DNA of 64,000 nucleotides from Perkinsus olseni (Eukaryota): NCBI GenBank assembly GCA_013115125.1, contig JABANN010000038.1, positions 1 to 64,000 of the forward strand, read 5' to 3'. Shown piece by piece: positions 51,801 to 64,000 of this stretch (position 1 is its first letter; each line of letters starts with the position of its first letter). The notes under the pieces were generated by a model. It saw only the letters and a program-made list of their open reading frames with translations, ran no database searches and was not told where the DNA came from. The position numbers and the translations under genes were made by a program.

Positions 51801-54800
51801 CGCAGCCGCCTCGGCATCGACAAGTTTCTGTTTCTCTGCCGCCTCGCCCTGCTGTTTCTCCACCAGTATCATCATCTCACTGGTCTCCTTGGCTGCCTTC
51901 TCAAGGTTGGGCTGTAGGTCTTCCAGCTCCTTCTGCATCGTCGCGACCTGGCTAGCAGTGTCCGCTAGTTTTTCTAGACCAACGTCGTATCGCCATTTCG
52001 CTTGAGAGACCACATGCCGCTGCTGCTTGAGCATTTGTATGAAGGAGTTGATAAGCTCCAGATAGGAGGTTGGCGTTACGTAATAGTGCCTGAGCAACGA
52101 AGGAGAGCTCCAACGAGACTACCCCATATCACGAGGTATGCACGACTATCAGGAGGCGGTCAGCACGTGTCGTTAAACTGGATGGGTCAAGCCTTTACAG
52201 GTCCGACCGGTCTCGTTCTCTTCGCCATTGCGGCCATTCACAAATCCAATGAGGAATGGCACGTCGGATGAGCTTTGCCAATAAACCCAACGGCAGAGCG
52301 ACATAATATCGACGGTACTCGAAGTCTGCGCGGAGATTAGGCCCTTTTCTCCAATTTCGATGCCTCTATGACAGGAGCAGTACGAGTGAGCGGCATCACC
52401 GGAAGGCAGTAACCCACCCGTAGCCGCTTACCTCCTGAGCTCCGACAGGAAGCGTTCTGTAAGCGTCGAGACGGACGTCTGCATGTCAACCATGATCTTA
52501 ACCACGCCATTGAGCACGTTCTCGGGCATTTCCTGTGTCTTCAAAAACTGCATCGCCACAGCTGTGAGAGCGTCCGGTGGCCACTCCATGAACCTGGACC
52601 GACGTCATCAAGACGGGAACACTGCGAACCCACAGCGCTCGACAAGAAGGGACAGCGTAGTTTGCATTTGCGCGTTTGTGAAACGCGGCACGGACTATAT
52701 GATGCCAAGTACTTACCAGTCGATTGTACAGCAGTTGACAAGGCTAGGGAACATCCGTAAGCGTTTGCGGAACTTGTCACCGATCGGACTCATAGCCAGG
52801 ACGATGTGCAAATTCTTACGGCAGTTCTCGACGTACCTGAGGTACGAGGTAGTGGACGAGGAATGCCGAGAATCCGACTGGCGTTGCTCCTGGTTCTCAT
52901 GTGTCACGAATGACTATTTATCATCTAGAAGGCACACCTCGCTAACGCTTTTTGTGTTGGCCGATGGAAAAACAGCGAATGTCACGGACGACATACCCTT
53001 ACCAGGCGAAAACCTCGTTCGGCCCAGTTTTGCCATCCGCACTCGCCATTTTACTGCACTTCTCGAGAATGTCCATACGATCCTCATTGGCGTACAAGTT
53101 CGGCACTTCGCCAGTGTTGAGCATGCTGCTGACGTCCTCCAGGAAGTTCTCGTTGGCGATTTGGGTGTCGGGGAACAGGAACACCATATTCTTGTCGTCG
53201 CACCCCGCGGACATCAGTAGCTTTCTCATATCATCTCGCCATTCCGTCATGCCATAGGACTTCGATATTTGCACTTGGAACAGCGTGAAGTCCGCAACGA
53301 ACGCCGCCAGTGTTGCTGTGCTCTTCCGGCCACTTCCACCGACCCCGACACACAGAGCGTTCCCGAGCGGCAACTTGAGGACCTGAGAAAAATATATGCG
53401 CTCTTTTCAGAGTTGCGAGAGAGGAGCAGCAGCCGAGATACGGCGATGAACGAGAGAATTTCGTGGCGCGCGACGCTCTTTCTCACCCGCACGACACGGC
53501 AGATGTGTTGTATGAAAGCCGTGAAGAGGACCAAGTCCATTCGAATCTTCGACACGGCGTTGAAGTCTTCCAAACAAGTATTCATTTTCTCCTGCAATTT
53601 CTGATGGTCTTGGACTTCCATGTAGCTGGTCGACTTCGGATCGACGAAGCTTGCAAACACGATGGGCTCCTGTTTCACAACTTGATCGTATTGCTTCTTG
53701 AAGTGCCGATCGAGCAGCCTCTTTATCAGGAAGAAGAACCAGTTACGATCGGGCTTGTTCACCAGACGGTCCTCGAAGACCCTCTGGCACTCGTGCATCC
53801 AGCACTTAGCCAAATCGTCGACCTGAAAAGACACCCTTAATAACCACCTAACGGCATCGCCGCTACCTTAGGAAGACTTTCTCTTGTGCATTGACATATC
53901 CCCTGGAAAACTTTGCTGAGATCTCTCAGATTGAAAGTATAATGAGACTTCGCGGGAGTTGGCAGCATTTCCGCAGACATAGTGTTATACACCTCGATAG
54001 TCGCAGCCACCACCGTAGCCGCATTTCCAGCCACTTCTCGCGGCATTACGCCGAGGAACTTCTGAACCATCGTTGTGAAGATTCTTGCAAGCGATTCGTC
54101 GTCGAACGGCGTAACAAATATCAAGTTGAACTGCCTCGAGTATCGGTCGGTAATATCGTTCTTCCCTCCGCCGGGCGGTCCCATGGCCGCCAGGTACTGC
54201 ATATCGACAAACTGTCGGAACTCCCAGGTTTTTCGATCGTACCAGCCGCTCATCGTTAGCCCTTGTCTGAGAATCTCTATCGGCGGTTGAGCCCCATAAG
54301 TCTCCTTGGCCGGCATGTTTACATCGTCGACGAAGACAAGCATCTTTTTGTTGATGGGAGGACCGAACACGCCCTTACGGCGCTTATCCAATTTACCATC
54401 GATAATATCCTGCGTCTGGTTGGCGGTCGTCTGGGCAGAGAACGCGAACGAGATGGTTGCATATTTCTCTTTGTCGAATCCGTTCAGAAGCATCCCCGCG
54501 ATGGACACGGTCTTCCCAGTTCCCGTTACTCCGGACATCAGCACGTGTTTGCCCTTCTCTATCAGCGTTCTGATCAGGAACTGATTCCGCACCGTGTCGC
54601 TGGTCGGTACGATAATGGAGTGGAATTGTGCGTCTTTCGGGATATCGAAACTGGCAATCTTCTCTGTCCATGGCTTCCACCTCCCACTATCGGCCGAATC
54701 TATGAAGTAGTCGTGCAAGAGACCCTTGCTAGGCAGCTGCGTCGGAGGCTGCCCGCTGGCGAGTTCCGTCGGTGCCCACTCTGCCACGAACTCTTGCTTC

Positions 54801-57800
54801 TTGATGAAGTCCTTCTTGTTCTCGAACATAGCCCGAATGACGGACTCCACAAAGAGCCTGCCGTCCTGGTCGGTACATGCCCCGCAAGTCCAGAGCATCG
54901 AGAAGTAGAAAAGCGCGTAGATGAGCTGCTCTCGGTCGGCGAAAGTCTGAGAGTTTTCATCCTCGTCAGCAGTAGTGGGGCGACAGTATTTCTCCTCGGA
55001 ATCTTCGAAGAGGCATTCCATTAGCCGGCACGCACTGTCCGCCAGCCAGTTGTCGATCACGGCAACAGGCGTCCGCACCCGATGAGTGCACTCGAGGCAA
55101 ACTTCGAAATTATTCTCAAAAAGATTCCAAATGAAATCCCGATGGTCCTTGCGGATGTAGTCAGGAATCTGATAGTCCAACCAGGAATGCACAATTGGTT
55201 TCCATCCCAGATCCGAATCAGGCTCCATGAAAACCATACCGCATCGGGACACCGTGGCGGGCGAGGCCACGGCCAAATCACGCACTTCGAAGATCATTGT
55301 TGTCGTCGGAGACAGCTTGATGATTTCGCCCGAGTTGAGACATAACTTCTTGTTGTCGTCAAGTACAGTGTTCATATTCTCGATCCAAATGGCATCCACA
55401 GGACCGTCCAGGACGACCCACTGGCGCATATCCGGCGGTCCTTTGCTCGCCGCTCTGACCGCGATGGCGAGTACGCCATCTGTCCACTCTTGCGTGTTGA
55501 GATCAGCTTCACCGTACAGCTGACCCTGCGTGATTGATTTCGGGTTCATGATGTGCTGAGTGACCGGCATGAACATGTCACCGCCGTCAGCGACAGCTGC
55601 GAGGGTGTCCGCCAAGACGTCCTTCACCATGGTCTTTCCTAAGACACGAAAACGCCATTAAAAAAATACAGAAATACACGGCTGAATCTCAGAGTATAAA
55701 TTTGCGGCATTCCTTTCTTCAGCACTCACCGCAAGGAGGAAGACCAACTGTCATGAGGCCGTGTCGCACCATCACCGTCTCCCACAACTGTATGACTTTG
55801 TTTGTGAACTCGCCAGTAGGCTGGAGCTTCTTGGCAACAGCGCAGGCTTCTACCTGACGCAGCAGGAGGATGATATCCTGTAACGTCGTCTACTCGAAGT
55901 TTCCACAGAATGGAGGCCACATTTTTCCAGAAGCGGTTGATCACTACTTCTCTTTAACCCAGTGCGAACGACAGAGATTTCAATCCAGCTGCCTTGTCAT
56001 AAACAGGATCATTCATGGATAATCAGGTGAAATATCACGCATCGGTGATCCGAGATTTTTTTCCCACCAAGAGTTGGAGTGGGACGAGTAAGAAGAGAGA
56101 GAAGTGACTACTAGCACCGGCCATTTTCCCCATCCTAACCTGTGCTATGAGCGGGCCGTAATCGCTCGGTGGGAGGTGCACTCCGGGGAACAAGTCGCCG
56201 ATGATACCCTTGAAGAGAGGGATGTCCGCACTGGTGAACTTGGGCAAGTTCACGTCCGTGAACGCTCGCAAGGAGATGACATCTTCAGGATACTGGTCGC
56301 CATACTTCATCTTCAGCGCACCAGCGGCCACCAGAAGGGACTTCAACCCTCGCATGCCAAAATCGTAGTGATCCTGGGCGGACAGCTGCTCCGAGGAAAG
56401 CTTCAGGGCCTGGGTGGCTTTCACTCCGATGCGTCTGGCGTCCTCGTAACTACACAGAGGACACATGAAACGATAAAACTCCTTCACAACTTCGATTAGT
56501 TTCAACGCTGCCTGCCGTGGCGTCCTCCCTCAGCTGCCTCCAAGCGGGACAAATAGAGAATCACAGTGCATTCTGGCTGGTTGCCAAGGCGATTTGCAGA
56601 TGCCACAGAGTTGAAGTGCGAGGCTACACTAAACTTTCCGAGCTTGAACTATACGGAACCACCTCATAGATCTCGTTGAACCGCATAGTGGCCGGAGCAT
56701 CCTCAATCGCAAGAATGATTTCCGATGCTCTCCACGAGCCCCAGTTGACCTACCCGAAGGAGTATAGGGTGATCTCCGCAATAAGTGCGTAATTCGGGAC
56801 CATCATAGCGCAGGGGCGGAAGAGGGCCTTCAGGTTGTCTGGCAGCTCGGAACGTCCAGCGTAGCCAGGATTCATGGTAATGTTTACAGCGCATGAAGGG
56901 ATGAGCCTGAACGAATTTCGTGGAGCAGCGGTCATTAGCCGTTGGCAGGCACCTGATCTCGGTGCCTTCGAAAATGAAAGTCTTGGCTTTCTGTTTGATC
57001 GCCAATGATATACACTGGATCTGCTGGGCAATGACGGACAGCACTTCCAAGTTGATACGGTTAAACTCATCGAAGCAGCACCATGCACCGGAGCTTGCCA
57101 GACCTGAAAAACAACATCCACTTTCATGCCACTGATATTTCCTTCTTGACCCAAGCCGTAGTGTACACGTATGAAGAGTTCTCAAAATTCACGGGGATCG
57201 TCAAGGGAGGCGCTCCCCCTTAAACTGACCCCCTGAGCACTGCGGCCATCCGCTCCTACCTTTGAAGAACTTGGCCATCTGCATGTAGTCCATTCCATCA
57301 GAACAATTGAAGACAACACACTGGATCGCCAACGCCTTGGCAAGATCCTTGGTAGACTCGGTCTTGCCAGTGCCGGCAGGCCCCTCTGGCGCCCCACCAT
57401 AGTACAGAGCAAATGCTCCCATCAACGTCCTATAGCACCGATCGGTCAGCGGTGTGATGACCAGCCTCGGAGTGTTGCCGAGGTACTCGAAACCGTAGAG
57501 CAAAGTGGAATTGACAATGGAGACTTGGCATTCCTCCTTTGTATTCATCTCTCCGGTGTCAACCCGTCTAAAGCTGTTAGGCTCCTTCCAGTAATAGCGT
57601 AGCTGACTCAACCAGTCAAACTCATCCGCAGACTCCACGTTGTTCTTCATGAGGTCGCTAACGACGTCTCTGGCATGGACGTCAATCGTGACCATCGCCC
57701 CCAGCGTGACTCTGGCGAGTTTCGACAGATCCCCTCTGACTAACTGTACTATGTCAAGCAACTGCTGATTGAGCTTCTTCTCGTAGTCGGCCACTCGCTT

Positions 57801-60800
57801 AGCATTCAATGCCTCCGTCACTTCCTTGGTCCAGTAGATGCAATCTGTCGCCAACACGACCTGGCCGGGGTAGTCGATGCACCAAGACGTCCGAGGTTTG
57901 CAAGCATAGTCCTTGTTGCTGCGCGACACCACATCCGTGAGAGAATCGATCATAGTCTTCTCGACCTCGACGAGCCACTTTTCGACATTCCCGCGATTCT
58001 CAGGAGAATCCACATCCACAATGTTGGTGAAGTCAACAACCTCACCCTCGGCGCTGATCATAGCGTTGATGATGGTGGCCGTCTCGTTGAACCGTACGGA
58101 AGCTATGCCTTCGAACGCCTTTGCCATGTGGGGCTGCACCAGCGTAGGGTCCTTCGTCTCAGCGAGAATCGACAACAGATCAGCATCGTTCAGGAAGAAG
58201 AACCTGAAAAAAGTTACCACGCTCCTTTTGGAGGTGCTCACCAGCAGGTGAAAACTTCGAGCAGAAGGAAAGGGCATCAACCCGCGAGAGGGTCGTCCAC
58301 TGTTCACGGGCCTAACGCAGAACTCACCTGGGGAAGTAAAGCCGCTTGGTCTCAAGATAGTCCTTCAGTCCCTTCTGGATCTTCTCGAGCTTTTCATTGG
58401 CATCTTTAAAGTCTTCCACAATGCCGCCCGCAGCCGCCACCCCCAGGCATCCAGGACTCCCCTCGACTTGCTTCATCCTCTCCCGGAACGTCACATCAAT
58501 AGTGGCAAAGCCGCTGCTTTCTTCAGGCAATTGTCGCTTGATGTCATCCGACAAAAAGATCGGCTCCAACTGCATCCACGTTCGCTGCACGGCTAGACAC
58601 TCATCGACGAAGTCCTGCAGGTACAGTAAAGTGACCTCCCACTGAAGCACTTCCTGCTCGAAAGGCCTGCAAAACGGCGAGGATCTGATCGCCTGTGTCT
58701 TGACGATATGGTCGTCAAGGACTGCTTGTATCTCATCAATCCCCTTCAATATCGGACATCCGGTTTCCTTGTAGAGAGTTGTCATGAACTCCAGCGGCCC
58801 CCAGTCCTTCTTCATGGCCGCCATTGCTTTCTTCAACGAGTGTTCCTTCTGAGCAGCCGCAGAGATCTCCTCGAAATTCTCAGCAAAATCGAGGACTCCT
58901 TTCTCAAGCATCTGGTGCATGCGGATGTCATCGTAGTCCGCGAACGGCTCGATGCTCATCTTCTCAAAGAGCTCGTCCCAGTGTCTCGGGAGGATAGCCT
59001 CGACGCAAAAGGCCCTCAGGAAGGGGAATTTCACTCGGAAGTCGTCTATTCCGGACTTCAGATCCTTAGCGACTTTCTGGGCCTGAAGAGAAGCAACTTC
59101 GCAGCGCATGCTCGCGTCAGCCGATCACGCACGAGACGGAAGGGCATCAAAGGCCACGCAACCGAGGTTCCACTGGTGGTTTGAATGAAGCAGAAGTTCC
59201 TCACCATCCTGGTATTTTCACTGTCAAACCCCTTGATCATCTTATAGCACTCCTTGAACCAAGAGTCCAGCAATTGCTCAACCTCCTCGGCGTTGATCGA
59301 TTTCATCGGGTCCTGCTGCCATTGGATTTGGCTCTTCTGGAAACTTATCACTGTGTTCCATAACCTAACACACGGGAACATCTAACGGCTGCTTCGCTCC
59401 GCTTCCGAAATCGAACTGAATCGGCCCGCCCAGAGTGCCACCCAGGGGGGCAGTGTAATACACTGCAGTCACAGTGTAATACGCTGTGAAGCATTCAGTG
59501 CAGCTGAGCAACGGTCGAAGAGCGTGAAGGAAGCAGCAGGAGACGCCGCCCCCTCCTCTCACTTGTAATAGCTAGCATAGTCGTCAATCATGCCATCTAG
59601 GTCCCAGTAGTCGGTTGGAGTCAGCCCCAGAAGAGAAGCTCTCGTACGAAAGGACTTCACTTGATCCACCCCTTGGTCGAAAGCCTTCCGAAGATATTCA
59701 ACATTGACTTCGTACTCTGAGGCTCCCTTGGTGTAGTCGTGGCATTCGTGGCGAATGTGATCAAGAATCTGAAGAACGGCGAGTTGCTGCTGCAATTTCT
59801 CACAATAGCGGACTCGAATACATCGTCCAAGGCGCTGGGAACAAATCGCGCACGATTATACCAACTAGGACTATTAACCGGACTAGTGAGAACAGCGAAT
59901 TATGACGGGAACGCCTCCCTCAGTCCGGTCCCGTACGACCTTCTGCCACTTTTTCATGTCGTCCTGGAAAGCTCCTTCCTCCCCTTCCAGCAGAGCGATC
60001 TCTGCAATATTCCTGTTCACTGTGAAGTGCCACAACCTTATCGTGCTATCATCGCTGCATGTCGCCAGACACTGACCCTGCGGAGCCCACGCAGCGAACC
60101 TCGTAGACGCTATGTGACTGAGAGAAGCAACCACGATTTCCACAGGAACTGAAGCACATACACTAGTGGATCTTCGACAATAGCAACCTCGCAGGTTCTC
60201 ACCCAGGCATGGGCTCGGATCTCGGCTTGCCGGAGACAGCACTGAAGAGCTGCACAAGGACGTCCTCATTTGCTGATACTATAGTTGCACCGTTGGGAGA
60301 CCAGGACTGAAAAGGCGGCAATCAAGCGCCTCATAGAGAGCCTCGCCTACGAGTCGTATTCAAAGGAGGCATTATGATCCGTTCTACTGAAAGTATTGCT
60401 GCAGCCAGAGCCGCGGCGATCAGAATGAAATGGCTTAGCCTCAATGCGGGTTACGGAAAATGATCATGATGGCATCATTTGGCGACCCCACGAGGCCTTA
60501 CCACAAAACCGCTGAGGCACTGTATGGGCTCAATGTGAAGAGAGTTATCCACCAAGGTCCAGATCTTAATGGTAGCATCCGTGCTCGCCGTCGCCATCAG
60601 CTTGCTGCCTTCGACAGGACATAAGGCAATGCACGTGATGCTCTTATTGGGGTGACCTGAGGACACTCTCAATTCGCTCAGGTCGAGCCGGCCGAAGGCC
60701 ATCCTCAGCAAAAGTTATAGCTCAAAAATCATCAACAAGAACGTCGGCTGACGCGACGTTCAGTGCTACTCTAACTAACAAGCCTTCACTTCCCTACCTT

Positions 60801-63800
60801 CGAAGAGCATAGGATCGCCGGGGAGCCTTTCTGGCTCCGGAGGTCCCTCCTCTCCCCAACCGTCTTCCGGCTCTTCCGGTATTGGCAACACTTTCTCTGG
60901 TCCCCTCACAGCGTCCAATTTCACTATGTCCCAAAAACGAATGAAGCCGTCCTTTCCACCGCTAACGACGATACTGTCATCATATGCAGCCGAGCAGTCG
61001 ACCCAAAGTTGCTCGATTGGATCGTCCAGACGATCGTACGGGTTGGCGGCCAACATGGCAAGCTCCTCACCAGACTCGACGTCCCAAATCCTCAGCGACA
61101 GGTCGGTAGCAACAGAAAGTATCTTCTTGTCCCCGCCGCAGTATGTGAGTGAGTTCACCTCGCCCGTATGGCCGTGCATCGGCTCTCCATAGCTCGCGCC
61201 GGATACCACGTCCCACTGAGCGATACTGCCATCTTCCAACGACACCGCGAGGGTCTTCCCAGACGCGCTGAGCCGAGCGCAGCCAATTGGCTGGCCAGTA
61301 CTGACGGTCGAGCGCAGGCTCGAAGTCGGAAGATCCCAGATGCATATGTTCCCATCAGTTCCAGCTGAGATCATCGTGACCTCGTCGCTACACCCGACAA
61401 ACGGCACGGACTTGCTGTGCCCGTGCAAGGGGTCTCCTCGTGGAAGAGCAACGGTTGGCCGGAGATAATATGAACAGACTTCGGCTGGCAGACGGACCAT
61501 AGGCGGGTTCTTTGCGACCTCGGAATCCTCATCCGTGCCCGCCGGGATCGTCTCCGGTCCAGCAAAATTGAGGACAAGGGAACGAGGCGCGTCTGTGGCA
61601 CCACAGAAGTACTCTACTTGGAGTTTATGGTAGCCAGCCGTCAGCTCACTCTCGTACAGTGCATCCTCTTCAATCGCGAGTTTACCGTCCAGATAGACCT
61701 TCGCACATTTGTTTGATTCAACACTGAGGGCGTACCTGATGGCATCAAGCGTTACCGTGAGCGAGCAAGCCGTCAAGAGAAAAACGAAATTCTGAAAACT
61801 GGCTTCGAGAATTAATTAACGATATCTGACCACGGATCCTGCACGGAACTATTCAACGAAAAGCTATTCGGCATTTGCGCTGATGCCCGCGACAAGCAGG
61901 AGCAGCACGTACACCGCATCAATCGGCAAGAGTTAAAAAATTTTTCTCATATGATGAGTTAACGATTCTTCTTCGCCAAAGACGCGCCGTGCAAGTCGAC
62001 TTACTTTGCTCTCTTCTTCCCACCGCACTTGAGATTAAGGTAAGTCGTGAACCTCGCCGCGAAGGGCTTGCTGAATCTCTCCGGAAGATTCTCCCAAGCA
62101 ACGCCCGTTGTCGGCTCGAAATCCAGTTGTTTCTCAACGCGGACAACATCAGGGGACTTGGCTTCTGGAATTCTCCCTCCGAGATCTTCCGAAAAATATT
62201 CTCCCAGAAGCCCTGGTTTGCGGACCACCTGAACAGACCAGTGAGATCGACACCCAAGACAGCTACTTCCACCCTGGGCGGATGCGGAGGTGGGGAAGTA
62301 CAGGTAGTGGTTCACAAGGGCTCTTGCTACATAAATCCGACCATAGAAGAGCACAATCTCATAATACACCCTCCCAAACGTGACTAAATCTCAGAACGAC
62401 AGACGCTAGCTCCTGCGGGCACAAAGTGCCGCGCACCATCGTCCCGAAGGCGCAACCGATCGGCTATAGTCGTGATGAGGTGTGCCCGTAGCGGCGACAC
62501 ACCAAATGAGGTTAGCCGAGCGATTCCATGACGGGCAGTGAGGTACGTATCCGCCTGACGTCGTATCCTCGCTATTCGGCAGACATCGAGAGTAGCAAGG
62601 AACATGAGCCCTCATAAGAGCTTTGTTAGGATATCAAGAACTCGACGCTCACCTCCGATTGCTCCACTGAGTGCTGGAGAACGGCTGCCGGAACCTTCAT
62701 TTGCTCATCCCCTGTATCCGGGCCAGAGTAAAGGAGATTAAGGTACCCCTGTGGGCCCTCCGACGCCGAAAAGAATCTGCATAGTTGAGCAGAGTGGACG
62801 GCCTCCATTCGGCAACTCGCCCTATTCCCGAAGCAACTTTGGCATCCGACAATCAGACCGCGGCTCGTGAGCCAGCCAATGACCCCTCACGTCACTAACG
62901 TCTACGTTTTACTGCCACACTTACTTTAACGCTAGCCAAGGCATGAGAAGACTGCTACAGCAAGCAGCAGTCGAGAGCCGTATAGCCATTCCAAGAGGAG
63001 ATTCCACTCCGATCGAGGAGCGCGGCGCGGGAAAACCAGTTCGAGCCTCGAGGCGAGTACACTAGAGCACCGTCCACTCGCGGTTGAAGTACTTGTGAGT
63101 TCTAACACCTAATCCCGCCCGGTCCCTGCCTACTGAACAGTAACTCTGTGATTCCCAGGCATCAGCTGCGTCGCTCCGCTCGGACTCTCACTCTTATTAT
63201 CGACCACTAGTTTATCGTTCACATACATAAGAGATGGTCCGCCGCTGTCAAGGGTAAACGTGTACTCTCCCATCTTCGCAATGACCAAAAATGCCGACCA
63301 TCTGACTGCCACGTTTTGGCGCAGTTTTTCGGGCAAATGCCCCCAGCTGTCAGGGCCCTTGCAGATCTCCTGTTCAACGCAAGCATGGTCCGGCCGCAAT
63401 CCCATCAGACTCGGCACTCGATCGCCAACAGACATCTCGCCAAAACCAAAGTACTCGGTGAAAACACATTCAGGGAAATCTTTCTTCAGCAGAGCTCGTT
63501 CGCCCGTAGCCGTACTAGCGAGAGTCGTCAAAGATATCCTCTCCATGTCTATCATATTCTTGCCAAGATTTAGTTTGATAGCCGTCCTCGTGCGCCCTTC
63601 TTTCGGCTGCGCTATGTTCCACATCCCAACAGCACCCGAGCGGAGACTGCACATCTGGTCCGCTTTCAACACGAGCTCGTCCTCAGTGACCTTCCCAGTC
63701 GGTTTCCATTCCCACACGCCACAAAACTCCATCACAGCATCATTTTCATCCTTCGGACGAACCCAATGAGCGGGAACCTTCTTGTCCATCCCACCGTGGG

Positions 63801-64000
63801 AGTACACGATATCATACGTCCCATTGGCGTAACTCTCCTCCACCTTCCCGCTGCACCATCGGCCTTTCCCCTGGTAATTGACCATAACAACGTCCTCAGC
63901 CCCCAGTCGTTTCATCGCGAATCTGAATAAGCGGAGCGAAGCTACTGTAGTAAGAATCACCCATTCTGACACCACCACTGGTGAAGCCCTCACCTGCCAT
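45825..64000 (-). CDS. Axonemal dynein heavy chain, inner-arm type (DNAH1/3/7/12-like), many exons; N-terminal part carries WD40, PA14 x2 and Tudor-like domains; 5' end lies outside the window
   Basis: P-loops GPAGTGKT (AAA1, ~57370), GLPPC|GKT (AAA2), GVTGTGKT (AAA3), GVGGSGRKS (AAA4); [32 protein letters not shown]; stalk/[27 protein letters not shown]-terminal [25 protein letters not shown] (stop 45825). [23 protein letters not shown] is typical of inner-arm heavy chains. Confidence 0.95.
59990..61430 (-). other. WD40 repeat region (about 7 repeats) within the dynein gene model
   Basis: [99 protein letters not shown]. Confidence 0.9.
61480..63475 (-). other. Two tandem PA14-like domains within the dynein gene model
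   Basis: [65 protein letters not shown], and [16 protein letters not shown]..|[44 protein letters not shown]. Confidence 0.8.

Noticed and set aside
46249-63769. Many plus-strand ORFs of up to 253 aa overlapping the dynein gene
   Set aside because: Antisense shadows of GC-rich coding exons; no motifs or independent gene signals.
1-64000. CRISPR arrays, rRNA, tRNA or prokaryotic defence systems
   Set aside because: No regularly spaced repeats or RNA-gene signatures were seen; the window is intron-rich eukaryotic DNA.

Overview
Eukaryotic, gene-dense genomic DNA with many short (mostly ~40-200 nt) GT-AG introns and a few GC-AG introns. Gene style and content suggest a myzozoan alveolate, most likely Perkinsus (inference; not provable from the window). 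From left to right: the probable 3' end of an LTR retroelement carrying two strong hairpins; an intronless BT1 folate/biopterin transporter; an HPR/OPR-like helical-repeat protein; a PWI + SH3-like protein; a HAD-like DWDDT protein; KRI1; a multi-KH FUBP/KSRP-like protein; a long low-complexity ORF; Bax inhibitor-1; V-ATPase subunit c; an RS/RE-rich protein; a PX + START-like protein; mRNA cap guanine-N7 methyltransferase; a J-domain protein; and an inner-arm-type axonemal dynein heavy chain of >18 kb that runs off the right edge. The most striking observations are four unusual domain architectures: (1) a J-domain with HPN instead of HPD joined to a Mi-2/CHD3-type SANT-SLIDE-like module with no ATPase; (2) a cap methyltransferase fused to an apparently catalytically dead Cet1-type RNA triphosphatase barrel; (3) a dynein heavy chain whose tail is spliced in frame to Tudor-like, two PA14 and WD40 domains; (4) a ZZ zinc finger inserted in KRI1. 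All exon models and family comparisons were made by eye and from remembered consensus sequences, and need HMM and RNA-seq confirmation.
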